Part shown: in pieces, positions 48,558 through 61,243 of the stretch
Layout of the letters: every line of letters begins with the position of its first letter
Numbering within the stretch: position 1 is the first letter of the stretch
Assembly (NCBI RefSeq): GCF_001194135.2
Contig: NC_068991.1
Coordinates: forward strand, 42,272,506-42,336,505
Direction of reading: 5' to 3'
Length of the DNA: 64,000 nt
Origin: Octopus bimaculoides
Taxonomy: Eukaryota
Notes under the pieces: generated by a model
Database searches by the model: none
Seen by the model: only the letters and a program-made list of their open reading frames with translations
What the model was told of the DNA's origin: nothing
Program-made: the position numbers and the translations under genes

Positions 48558-49405
48558 GTCTGATCTGTAAGTATCCGGTTTGTTGCCATGGTAAAGAAGC
48601 TAAAACATGCAGTCAAGCCACATGGCACAGAGTGACTTTGAACACTGCTGTGCTTGCACACTAAGTTTTAATATTCTAGCTCACTTCTACTATTTACAGG
48701 AGTGTTTGGAAGGAAGGTGTGTAGTATGTGATCGTCGCATTGACCATGACAGAAAAAGTTGTCATGGTGATACCTGCTCAGAGGCCTATGCAAAGTTGCA
48801 GAAAGTGTATAGAGAGGAGTGTATGAACTGCACACAAGTGTACGAGTGGTTCAGACATTTCCAAGATCGCTGAAAAAATGTCAATATTGACGAACGTTCT
48901 GGGAGACCCACAACCAGCAGAACTGAGAAAAACATCGCAGATGTGCATGCAACTGTGAGGGGAATTTGTTGAATCACCAACTGTGATTTATCAGATGATG
49001 TGCAGATTAATTATAGTTCAGTTCAATTCATTATCACTGAAGATTTAGGTCTGAGATGCGTGTCTGCCAAGTTTGTGCCAAAACTGCTTTCAGCTGACCA
49101 AAAAAGACACTCGGGTTTCAGTTGCGCAAGATCTTGATTGTGCCGAGAAAGATGAAAACTTTTTGAAAACTGATTAGGTATCACCAAGCTTTTGGCAAAA
49201 TTTGATGCGGATTCTCTGCTCAACTTCCTCTGTTACAGTTAATGTGACGATCACACTCTACACATCTTCCATCTAAGCACTAACAGTGGAAGTGAGCTAG
49301 AATGTTGAAACTTAGTGATGTTCAGTCTATGCCAAGTGACTTCACTCTCTGTGTTTGAGCTTCGTTACTATCTCAACAGTCCAGATACTTATTGATCAGA
49401 CCATG
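48554..49405 (+). mobile_element. Internally deleted mariner transposon
   Basis: TIRs gaggtctgatc..taagtatccgg / ccagatacttattgatcagacc with TA; HTH-region peptide QVYEWFRHF...DERSGRP...DLGLRCVSAKFVPKLLS with stops. Confidence 0.85.
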
Positions 49406-50234
49406 TATATATGTCCACTCTGTAAGATGATTGGCATTAGGAAGGACACCCAGCTGTAAATACCTTGCCAAAACAGACAGTGAAATCTGGCGCAGTCCTG
49501 TTAAACTGTCCAACCCATACCGGCATGGAAAATGGACGTTAAATGATGATGATGATGATGATATCTGTGCAGGTGCGAGTGTGTAGTTGAAGAGTTTGCT
49601 TCCCAACCATATAGTCTTGAATTGTTTGGTACCTTGGGCAAGTGTTTTGTACTATAGCCCCAAACTGATCAAAGTCTTATGAGTGGATTTTGTAGCTGGA
49701 AACTGAAAGATGGCTGTATACCTGTGTGTGTGTGCATAGCTGTGGATGTCTGTTAGTGCTTTCTTATCTTGACATCACGTGGTTGTTGTAAACAAGTGTT
49801 ACTGTCATACAAGTAATGTCCTTTCTTTCCAGTCATCCATGAAAGTATGTCAGGACAGACAGGAGGAAATCTTATTACTTTTCCTGGGAACAAGTGAGGG
49901 TTGGTGAATTTGCCTTAATAAATTGCAATGACCTCATGCAAGCATGGGAAATTGGATATATGTATACAAACATACATATATAAACATGCACTACCAACCA
50001 AGTTATAATAGTTTTTCCTGAAGATTGCAATGGCATGAAACTCATGTCACAAGACAAATTCTCTGCTTCAGTTTTTATAAAAAAATCCATATCCTCTACA
50101 ACTAGTTTTGAGTACACCTTTTTCTTTCTTCTGATATTAAACAACATGTGTATGTGTGTGTGTGTGCATATGTATAAATATTATGGTGTTGATGGTAATA
50201 TATACACATGCATATGTTTATCATCTTTTTACAG

Positions 50235-50324
50235 TGACCACAGCACGAGCTATTGAACTTAAACATAGTGCCAGTTTAATTGCTGCATTAACATATGAAA
50301 CTGCACAGCTCTACACAAAAGCTG
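50235..50324 (+). CDS. BROX: BROX coding exon 6 (VTTARAIELKHSASLIAALTYETAQLYTKA)
   Basis: cttttt acAG acceptor, G|GTATGT donor, 90 nt. VT.ARAIELKH...LIAAL.YETA motif. Confidence 0.95.
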
Positions 50325-50719
50325 GTATGTATAATTTTCCACATAATTCCGTGTAATTACAGTTAATCCTTATAATTAATTTCTTTTGGTATTTCAGTTA
50401 TGAGGACGTATGAAAATAATATATATTTTTTTTTAGTTTTTATTTTCTTGTTATGATTAACTTACACTTGTTGAAAAATGTTGTCTCAGATGCATGAGAC
50501 TTCCTTGTATCATAACAACATTGAAATGATTTATGGACATTTTCTGAAGATTTCCTTTATTAACTTATTACTAGGCCTGATGTGAGAGCAATTGCAGCTA
50601 GAATTTTAATACTCAACTGTAACTATAAAACCAACTTTAAGGAAAAAGTAAATGAGGATGATGGCATTCTGAGTTTTAATTCATTACTTGATTATGTTTC
50701 ATTACTATAGTTTTGTAAA

Positions 50720-51410
50720 AGGTGGCAAGCTGGCAGAATCGTTAGCATGCTGGGCAAAATGCTTAGCAGCATTTCATCCATCTTTATGTTCTGAATTTAA
50801 ATTCCACTGAGGTTGACTTTAATTGGTAATACAGTTGCCTAGAAAGTGATTGGTAGGTGGTTTAAGTACCTGGCAGTAGGTCACTTTCTATTTCCTGTTT
50901 CAGATTGGTGTTTTTGATGTCTAACAGGGTGGTGATAATGATGATGATGCCTTCTTACTACTACTACTTATGCAGCAAATTGGCAGAATCATTAGCATGC
51001 CAGGCAAAATGCTTAGCGACATTTCATCTGGCTTTACATTCTGAGTTCAAATTCCACCAAGATCGACTTTGCCTTTCATCCTATCGCAGTCAATAAATTA
51101 AGTACCAGTGAAACACTGGGGTCAACTTGTCCCCTCCCCCAAAATTTCAGGCCTTGTGCCTTTAGTAGAAAAGATTATTACTACTGCTACTACTACTACT
51201 TAGGCAGCAAGTTGGCAGAATTGTTAGCATGCCAGGCAAAATGCTTAGCAGCATTTCATCTATCATTACGTCCTGAGTTCAAATTCCACCAAAGCAGACT
51301 TTATCTTTCATCAGTAAAATAAGTACTGGTTGAGTACTAGGGTTGATGTAATTGACTTACCCCTCCTTCGAAGTTGCTGGTCTTGTGCCAAAATTTGAAA
51401 GCATTATTAT
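50720..51410 (+). mobile_element. Cluster of three same-orientation copies of the ~215-bp SINE
   Basis: ggcagaatcgttagcatgc...caaaatgcttagc unit at about 50720, 50975 and 51200, with (ACT)n/(ATT)n-type tails. Confidence 0.75.
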
Positions 51411-52236
51411 TATTAGATTGACTACATTTTAAAGCTTTAAGCTACATTCACCTATTGTGAATGTAGCTTTGAGCTGGAGGAATTGATGTCATCAGAGGGT
51501 GTCCAATGATTATTGTATTCCTTCAGCCCTGAATTCTAACGCCCTCCTATTGATGGGATGACAGTGGTGACCAAATTACTGCTCCTCTTCTCTTCCTCAG
51601 TTCCAGTTTTACAATCACCAAAAGACTGCTTCTCTCCCAGCATACACACAGCAACCTTGTTCTCTCTTGGTCACTCTAATTCCATTGGCTGTAATCATTC
51701 TCCATAGTGACTGAGCAGGGAAAAACTCTCACTAAAAAACAATCAATGGAATGGTACTTTGGTTCAGGGTCGCAATACCTAATGTTCACTGGACACTGTC
51801 TGATGACATCAATTCCCTCTGTTAAGCTACAGTCACCAAAGATAAATAAAGGAGAAGCATTTTATTTTTATTATTTCCTTTGGGGTTGATGAAATAAAGT
51901 ACTAGTCAAATATTGATTTCAAATTTCGGCACAAGGCCAGCAATTTTGGGAGTGGGGATAAGTCGATTACATCAACTCCCGTGCTCAACTGGTGCTTATT
52001 TTATGTACCTTGAAACGATGAAAGGCAAAGTCAACCTTGACAGAATTTGAGCTCAGAACATGGCACAGTAATACTTCTGCCAGCTCACTGTCTTAGCACC
52101 AGTCAAATATTGTAACCAATATAATTGACTAATTCTACCCATAACATTTCTGACCATGTTCATATGTCCATGCAAGAAATTATTCTATCTATTACAAATA
52201 TGTTTTTAATTAATATCTTCATCTAATTATTTTCAG

Positions 52237-52322
52237 ATGATACGCTTTCCAGTTTAGATGCTGAAGTAGTTAACAAATGGAGAAAATACTTCCAACTAAA
52301 GAAAGATTTCTATACAGCCTAT
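52237..52322 (+). CDS. BROX: BROX coding exon 7 (DDTLSSLDAEVVNKWRKYFQLKKDFYTAY)
   Basis: ttattttcAG acceptor, TAT|GTAAGT donor, 86 nt. TLSSL.....KWRKY..LK..FY.AY motif. Confidence 0.95.
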
Positions 52323-54320
52323 GTAAGTATATCTCACATGTAAACTTGTAAATAGGTAGTTATAAGTGTATAGGGGATTTAAATTTAAATTACCTGAGAT
52401 ATAGGCTCATGCATGGCTGTGTGGTGAGAAGTTTGCTACCCAAACACATAGTCTTGGGTTCAGTCTTACTGTGTGGTACCGTGGGCAATGTCTTGTTACT
52501 ATAAACCCAGGCCAGCCAAAGCCTTGCAGTTTATTTGGTAGACAGAAACTGAAAGAAGCCTATTGTGTGTGCATATCATTCAACCACAGTAGTGATTGAA
52601 TATATTCTTAAGTCCATCATTTCGTCAATTGCAGCAGCTTCCAAGCTTCACCACTAATTCAGTTCTCGAATAAATGGCAAACTGTTAATAGTTTTAAAAA
52701 GTAGACCTCCTCAGCTACACTTTGGCATAACTAGTTTGAGATTTGGTTCAGCAGAAAAAAAGTTACATCAAAATATGTCAGACCTTAAGTGGCAGTAAGG
52801 CAGATATTCATCTTCAATTAACATAATTTTTTAGTTTTAAATTAAAAGTATACTTTTTAAGGCTTGAATGATAGAAAAATGCATGAGGATTTCAGAATAG
52901 TTAGTCGCATTGAACAAAAATTAGTAGAAAAACAGTTATGAGGTAAAATTTTATGAAATTTAATGTCAGTAAGTGAGAGAGTAAGAAGTAACACCTAAGC
53001 AATAAGAATAAAGAATGTATTTCTGAAATGAATGTTTACATTCTAAGGCGGCGAGCTTGCAGAAATGGTAGTACGCTGGGTGAAATGCATAGCAGTATTT
53101 CGTCTGTCTTTGAGGTTTTGAGTTCAAATTTCACCGAGGTTGACTTTGACATACAGATTATTTGATTAATTTTTTCTTAACTAAACACTTTCAGACTTAC
53201 GATACTGGTAGAATGTGTCACATAGAACAGGATTTACTCTTAACATTTTTGACAAAATTTTGTATTTTAGAAGTTATTTCGTCAGAAGTTACAGAGTGAC
53301 AATGGCCAAATTTGTGTTTGATAAGTGCCAATACACGAAACTCTCAACTTTTGACCTACTCTCTAACTTCTGCCGATGATATATATACATATTACATGTA
53401 AAAGCACCCACTACACTCTCAGAGTGGTTGGCATTAGGAAGGGCATCCAGCTGTCAAAACTCTGCCAAATTAGATTGGAGCCTGGTGTAGCCATCTGGTT
53501 TGCCAGTCCTCAGTCAAATTATCCAACCCATGCTAGCATGGAAAGCGGACGTTAAACAATGATGATGATGATGATGAAAAAAAAATCTCATCACGCAATC
53601 AAACCAACGAAAGACCCTCTACCTGGTCGCTTGACACACTAAAAATAGCAGCCAAAGTATCCCTCTACCTAATTCACACGCCCATTGTATGTAATGTCCT
53701 AGATTATCCCTAAAAAGATGATTTGTTGAAGGCTGGAATGTCTTTGATGATAGGTTTGCAGTATCTAGGTTGATTTGAAGCTAAATAAAACAACATTATG
53801 GTAAATTTCTATATTAACACTCGCACGATTTTCACTAAGAAAAAAACCAAAAAATCAAATTTTTTGCATGGAATCAAGTACCCTGACCTCCTAATATGCT
53901 GCAAATCCCTTATTTTGGTTCAGAAAAAATGAGGTGGGGGGCTTCCCCCCAATCCTGGAATCATTGGAATTTTTTTTTTTTTTGAATGAATTCTTGTGAC
54001 CTCCTAATATTGAAAAATTAAGTTACTTAAGGTGAGCCTGGTAACTGATGGTTTTGGGGTCTTGTTGTTTGTAACTTTTGGTAAGCCATGGTGCAACCAA
54101 CATGGTAAAAATCCCTGCTATTAATTTGGTGGATGGGTGATATCAAATAATTTAATCACAACATATATTTAAATTAAACATGAAAAAAATTGAAATATTA
54201 TCATCACTTATATGGAAAAATTGAAATATTATCTTACAGTATTTTATAAGGTAAAATCTTAAATTATTAATTGACACATTGTTAATTATCTTATAACAGC
54301 AATGCCTGGAAAAATTATGG

Positions 54321-54803
54321 ATTACATGGAAAATGCAAGCATGAAAAGTAATATTCTTAAGATTATACACCTGTAAAAGTATAGGACAAGCTATTACTTC
54401 TAGTAAAGTAAAGAATAAGAAACTTTTTACTTAAAATATTGCAGATAAAATTAAAATTTGAATATTAAAACTTATTTTATTATAGTTTCCAAATAACACT
54501 ATACTTATTTAAGTAGAATTTGGCTACCTTAAATACAGAAAAAAAGTGATGAATTAGACAAACTTACAAATTAGCAGAACAGTTTTGTACTATAAATTTA
54601 AAAGATGAGAACTATAAAGAGTGATAAATTAGAAGAACTGGCATTCTTTGCTGCAATATTTTAAGTAAAAAGTTTCTTATTCTTTACTTTACTAAAAGTA
54701 ATAGCTTGTCCTATACTTATACAGGTGTAATAACTTGTCCAATATTTTTTCATGCTTATAATCTTAAGAATATTATTTTCATGCTCACATTTTTCCATGC
54801 AAT
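54321..54803. mobile_element. Foldback/MITE-like element with long terminal inverted repeats
   Basis: 54321-54444 vs reverse complement of 54651-54803; the inner ~75 bp is nearly identical, and the right arm has a ~30-bp extra segment. Confidence 0.65.
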
Positions 54804-55574
54804 ATATATGTGTGTGTGTTATAGTCTTCTTGCCTTGACTTCATGTAATAGTTGTAAAGGACTGTCACCATCATATATGTGGTGTCCTTCATTTCCAATC
54901 TTCCATGAAAGCCTGTCTAGTCATGGGGAAATATTACTTTACTTGGAAACAGGTGAAAGTTGGTGACAGGAAGGACATCCAGCTACAGAAAATCTGCCTC
55001 AAATTCTCCATGCAAGCATGGAAAAGTGGATATTAAAATAATGATAACCAGTATTTAAAATTTCATGTGTATTCCTTTATATCAAAAGAGAAAACTGCAA
55101 TGCAAATTCATATAGTCCAAATTTCCTTTCATTGGTCTGCATAATGATAAAGGTTGCAGAGTACATATAGAGGAAAACATTTCAACTGGAGAGGTGGTCC
55201 ATAGATTACTTAATTATGTTATCACACATGTTCCAGCGAAGATCAAGGCCAAATTATGCAATTCAAGCATGGGTTGCATAATGTGGACATTATCTTCACT
55301 GAAACACATGTAAGACAATAAAACAATTTAGGAACAAACTCCCCAGCTTTGTTGACAAACATTCACTTCCATATACTCCTTCGCACACAAACACACACTC
55401 TAATAGTTATCGCCAAGCTGACTGTCTGTTTGAAGGTTTATTTACCTATATTCAGTGGACACATCCACTGGTTTTCAAAAATAGAAATATTAATATTTCT
55501 AAATCTCTCTATGGGAGACTATCCACTGAATGTAGGTAAATAAACCTTCGAACAGACAGTCAGCAGCGATGCCT

Positions 55575-55644
55575 GCTGGGTTCAGCTACTCCACATTGAG
55601 AAAGGGCAATCACCCTGAAACTAATTTGTAGATGTTGAACCAGC
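55575..55644 (+). ncRNA. Decayed extended type I hammerhead-like motif
   Basis: GCUGG g UUCAGC uacu CCACA UUGAGAA AGGG caauca CCCU GAAA CUAAU U UGUAG au GUUGAA CCAGC. Stem II and extended stem I pair, but the core has C3->U and G8->A and stem III is imperfect. Confidence 0.35.
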
Positions 55645-56269
55645 AAGGGGAAGCCGCTGACCTCCCCTGTTCGAAGGTTGTAATGGACATAGGTTTGTGT
55701 GTTACATAGCTAGCTAGAAACAATGGTCTCTTGGAGCTAATCAACAGCAGCATTTGTCCTATTTTCCTGGACTGCCATGTTAGCTTGGCGATAACTATTA
55801 ATATCCAGTACTGCTGCCATAGTCTCCTTTCGAGAGATTTAGAAATATTAATAAATATATATATATATATATTTATCATCATCATGTTCAGTTAATGTTC
55901 ATGTTTCATGCTGGCATGACTTGAATTATTTGAAGGGATACATTAGGTCCATTCTATTTTGGCATAGTTTCTACTACTGAGTAGGCTTCCTAATATTAAC
56001 TGCTTTACTGCATGTACTGGGTGCTTTTTTGTGGTACCAGCAGTAATGAGGTCTCTGTGCAGCCTGAAAGAAGAAGATCCCCTTTGACTAAGTAGAGCTA
56101 CAGTTGAGAGGAAGGCAGCTTTAACCTAGAAGATGAAAGGTTAAAGTGTGGGAGAAGAGGGCAGAACAGAACCAGTTTCTTTCTGCAGAGGAGCTATATT
56201 GCAACTCACATTATAGAAGAGTGGGTAGGAATGACTCAAGAGATGTTGGAAAACAGTACCAACATACAT

Positions 56270-57114
56270 ATATGAAGACTGGTGTTACAAACAGTTTATT
56301 TCAATTTCAAGCAACAAACTACATCGTTTCCCCTTTGAAGTTTCCCCCTTGAGACTAATGCACTTTTCCATCCTTCTCTGCCATGCATCTGTGTGCTGCT
56401 GGAAGGATTCATCTGGGATGCCCCTCAGCTCCATTGTTACAGCCCTCTTGGTGGTTTTCACGCTTACAAAATGGGTTCACTTGATGATTCCCTTGAGCTT
56501 GGAGAAAAGATAAAAAGTCATGTGAAGTAAGATCAGGTGAATAGGGAGGTTACTCCAGTACAGCAATGTTCTTCTTGACCAGAAACTGCCAGATGCTCAG
56601 GGTGCTGTGAACAGGTGCATTGTTGTGGTGAAGCAGTCAGAATTCATCCCACCACAACTCTCATTTCTTGCACACTGTGCAAAGCAAATGCTACAGGATC
56701 TCTTTGTAGACTTGCTCAATGTCGACCTGCTCCTGGAGTCATCTTCCACCTTCTTGCACCTCTCTTTGAACCTTTTGTGCCACTCAAAAGCGTGTGCACA
56801 ACATTGTGTTATCTCCATATACTTGCTGAAGTATTTCAAGTGCTTGTGATGGAGTTTTCCCCAACTGGACCAAAAATTTCAGGTTTATTTGTTGCTAGGT
56901 GTTCATTGTTCCTTCCTCAGTACTCATAGCTGAACAACCTGAAAAAGAGACGCAACCAAAAGCATGTGAAAAATATTCAATGGTTGCAGAAAGCTAAGGT
57001 TACCATTATATACTCCCTAGATATCATGTTAGATGATAACACAATCTACTTATCCCTCTTTCGCTCATAGCTCACAGCACACCCAGTCCTGTTACTTTTC
57101 AAACAGACCTCGTA
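56270..57114 (-). mobile_element. Mariner transposon relic
   Basis: Minus strand FEWHKRFKE...VEDDSRS; terminus cttttcaaacagacctcgta. A further fragment of this family lies at about 58690-58985. Confidence 0.7.
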
Positions 57115-58537
57115 CATATATTTCTGTGTTGCATTTGTATATATAAGTACACACATACACATGCATACATGCATATTCACAGTGAAGGCACATGACTTAG
57201 TGGTTAGGGTACTTTGCTCACGACCATAAGGTCGTGAGTTCGATATCAGGCAGCGCGTTGTGAACTTCAGCAAGACAATTTATTCTCACATTGCTCCTGT
57301 CCACTTAGCTGGCAAAAATGAGAAGTACTTGTATTTCAAAGGACCAGCCTTGTCACATTCTGTGTCATGTTGTTTCTGAGAAATATGTGTCTGTAGAGTG
57401 CTCAGTTACTTGCATGTTTAATTTCCATTAATTGGATCAGCTGGAACCTTCATCATCGTGATAATTGTAAATGAGTGTCTTTGTCATACATATAGTGTAA
57501 TTCATTTCCAACATTCTGCTTGGAAAATAGGTACAGGTTGGTGACAGGAAAGGTATACATCCATAGAAAATCTACTTTGATTCTGTCTGACCCATGCAAA
57601 TATGAAAAAGGGTCATTAAAAAACAGTGACAGCATTGATATATACTCACACATACATATATTTACACACACACACACACGTCTTTATACTCATATTTATA
57701 TTTTCACATATGCATATATAGACACATGTAGAATTGACACTGAGATATGTAGCTATTAGTAACTAAGAACAGTTTAGTTCATGTGTGAAGATTCTAAAGA
57801 TATATTCAGGTTTGAGCACTGGGCTTGATGTAACTAACTTAGCTCTTCCTACAAAAGGGTTGGCCTTATGCAAAAATTTGAAACCAATATTCTTAAGAAC
57901 ACTAATGTAATGATAATCTGGTTCTCTCTGCAAAATCTTTTCAAGAACTGCAGATGTTTACAACTAGGAAGTAAGAGTTAAAGTTGAAAAACTTTTGAGA
58001 TAGCAGTAATATATATGAAACAGCCTCACTTGAGAGTTTGGATGAAATTATGCATAAATTCAATAGTGTGTAGACAATACAAACATTGATTTCAAATTTT
58101 GGCACAAGGCCAGCAATTACAGGAAGGGGTGCGTCAATTACACGACCCAGTACTTAACTGGTACTTATTTTATCAACTCAGAAAGGATGAAAGGCAAAGT
58201 CAATCTCAGCAGAATTTGAACTCAGAACATGAAGACACAAAATGCCACTAAGCATTTCACCTGGTGTGCTAACGATTCTACCAGCTTGTCACCTTAAACA
58301 ATACAAATATTGGCTGAATAAAAAGCTCAGTGAGATGTCTGACAGACTGACAAGGAAACTGAATTTTAGATACCGAGTTATACTGATCTAAGGTCATTCT
58401 AATGAAAGTTTCATATGTGTATGTACATAGGTATATATGAATATACATATAATAATATGAAGAAATGAGACCCTTTACCTTACTAGCAAAATAAAAATTG
58501 TCTTTTTTGTTCTCATCATCGAATATTTACCACATAG

Positions 58538-58619
58538 GCACATACCTATCATGGAGAAACACTGCTGGCTCAAGACAAATGTGGAGAAGCCATCAAATGC
58601 CTTCAGGAAGCAATGAAAT
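58538..58619 (+). CDS. BROX: BROX coding exon 8 ([27 protein letters not shown])
   Basis: cacatAG acceptor, T|GTAAGT donor, 82 nt. [18 protein letters not shown] motif. Confidence 0.95.
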
Positions 58620-60919
58620 GTAAGTATATTTTGATCACACTGATTGGTGCCTTACTAAACTCTTGATCACTTCTTGAATGATGCTTGTTTCTTTGTCAAC
58701 TTGCCATCTCCTATTGTTCTTCTTGGTCAGGAACTGCTGGATGCTCAGGGCATTGTGAGCCAAGTGCATTGTTGTGGTGAAGCAGCCACAATTCATCCTG
58801 CCACAACTCTAATTTCTTGCACACTGAGCAAAGCAAATGCCACAGGATCTCTTTGTAGACTTGCTGATTGATTGCTCAACATTGACCTATCCTGTTGCTG
58901 AAGGCCTCCTGCTCCTGGAGTCATCTTGCCATCTTCTGTTGTTCTTCTTGGCCAGGAACTGCCGGATGCTCAGGGCATTGTGTGAAGTGTTTTTCTACAC
59001 TTAGTTTAACTTTCACATAGGAACCCTTTTTACTTTTTAAACTTTGCTTTGATTTGTTTGATTTATTTGATACATATATTATCAATCAGACTCCAAAGGG
59101 GCTGGTGCTCATCTGAGTTGGCAAGACTTATATTATGTCGTAAAATCAAGAAAAAGAATACAGGGAACTTGCTGTGAGGAGTGGAAAGTACGTTTCAGAC
59201 TGTATGCTTCTTCAGAGAAAATTTGAAAGGAGAGATATTAATGTACATCCTCCTACAGTTTCCTCAATAATTTCTCTCCTTTCAAATTTTCCATGATGCA
59301 TTTTTCACCCCTCGTGGCAAGTTCACTATACTTTTTTTTATTGCTTTTATTGTGTAAATATATATGTGTGTGTGGTGGTTTCATATAGTTTACACTTCTC
59401 ACTTGCAATGTTTTATCCATATATAACTCAACTGCAATGAGAAGTAATGCTTAGAGCAGAATTAATAGATATTATTGGCAGAAGTGTGGTATAAGCAAAT
59501 CCAAAGATCCAGTTTTTTTTTATGTTACATCATCTTCATCATTACCTGTTATCTACAACTTGCACTTGTGTTAGGTACAACAAAGATGTGCCAAATTCCG
59601 TTCAATGATCAGTCTCCTAAGTCTAACAATAGTTGCAGTGCCACTGTCCTCCTTCAGGTTCTTAGTCATGGTTTTGGAAGGACATTCGTCCTCTCATGGG
59701 TTAGTTTCTCTCTAATGACACCCAACTCTAAGGATCTCAGGTAGTTCCCAGTCAGCTATTTTGTTGGTCGACTAGAGGGAAGGTGGCCAAGAGTTGTTCA
59801 TAAGTCAGTTTCTGCACCCAGCTGATGCTGAAGGTCATCCAGAGCAATCAAATATCGCAGCATCAAGTAATGTAATCTTGCAACAGTGCAAATATGAATA
59901 TCTTTGATGTAGTTATGTTGAAAAAAGAATTTGAGGAAATACACTGCAAACCTACTGGCTGAAAAATTGAAATGTTCATGTGTAGCTGTAGGCTTTGTAA
60001 AGACATTTAAGTTTTAATGATATAGCTTTTGTAGTTGTAAATAGGAAATTACTGTGAGGCACAGTTGGTCTTAAGTAAGTAGTGCAGGTGTTACATAATT
60101 GGCAAATATTGTTTGCTTTAACACTTCTATTATGAACCCACCTAAGACTACCACTGATTCTTAGATACAAGCTTCTTGTTTATAAAATGATTTATGTTAA
60201 AACATTCCATCAAAATTTCATGTTAATTTATGCTTCATACATCAGCTTAATAATGATAAAGTTATTTCACTAAATACTTCTTCAATTTAAAAAAAAATTA
60301 ATTAAAACAAAGGCAGTGTATTCCAATAGAAATATAGTAACAATATGATTAACTGCTGAGCTCAAATTTCCCAATGGGCCAGTAGAGAGTAATAGGAAAC
60401 AGTTTCATTCAAGAGTAATGACTTCTCTTATGAAGCCTTACCTAGCTCATCACTGATTGATCACTATCTGTGAATAGAATCCATATATTCTCTAACATCC
60501 CTCTGAATAGGAATTGCACTTCTGACTTTGAGCTAATGAAACACTCAGAAGCTATACACTACTATTACTGCCTACACTCATCATCATCATCATCATCGTT
60601 TAATGTCCGCTTTCCATGCTAGCATGGGTTGGACGATTTGACAGAGGACTGGTGAAACCGGATGACAACACCAGTCCCCAATCTGATTTGGCAGAGTTTC
60701 TACAGCTGGATGCCCTTCCTAACGCCAAACACTCAGAGAGTGTAGTGGGTGCTTTTACGTGTCACCCGCACAAAAGCCAGTCAGGCGGTACTGGCAGTGA
60801 ACTTTACTAATGAGAGCAGAGTGTATTTTTCCAAAATATCAACTCTTCAACATTCAAGCCATTACTCCAGTATCTTGGCTGTCAGTGGCTAGTTAGGAAA
60901 TTATTATAACTTATTTAAT

Positions 60920-61243
60920 GAAGGCATGTGGCTTAGTGATTAGGGTATTTAGCTCACTATTGTAAGGTTGTGAGTTCAATACTTGGCAGCGCAACATGTC
61001 CTTGAGCAAAACACTTTTCCATGGTCTCCAGCCCACTCAGTTGGCAAAAATCAGATATACCTATAATTCAAAAGGGCCAACCATGCCACATTTTGTGTCA
61101 CACTGAATCTCCTTGAGAACTACAATAAGGGTACATGTATCTGTGGAGTGTTCAACCACTTGCATATTAATTTCACAAGCTGGCTGTTCTGTTGATTGGA
61201 TCAACTGGAACGCTCATCATCATAACCAATGGAGAGCCAAGCC
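60920..61243 (+). mobile_element. tRNA-derived SINE with 14-bp TSD
   Basis: TSD ATAACTTATTTAAT at 60906-60919 and 61244-61257; a related copy is at about 57182-57471. Confidence 0.8.

Noticed and set aside
50018-50050. CTGAAGA-ttgcaatggcat-GAAAC-tcat-GTC
   Set aside because: Stem I cannot pair (tttttc vs acaag) and 10.1-11.1 is U.U; consistent with chance.
59185-59220. Minus-strand CUGAAGA-agcauacagucu-GAAACGUA, Penelope-like end
   Set aside because: Core strings and ACGU palindrome are present, but stem I does not pair and stem II is only 2 bp; at best a very decayed relic.
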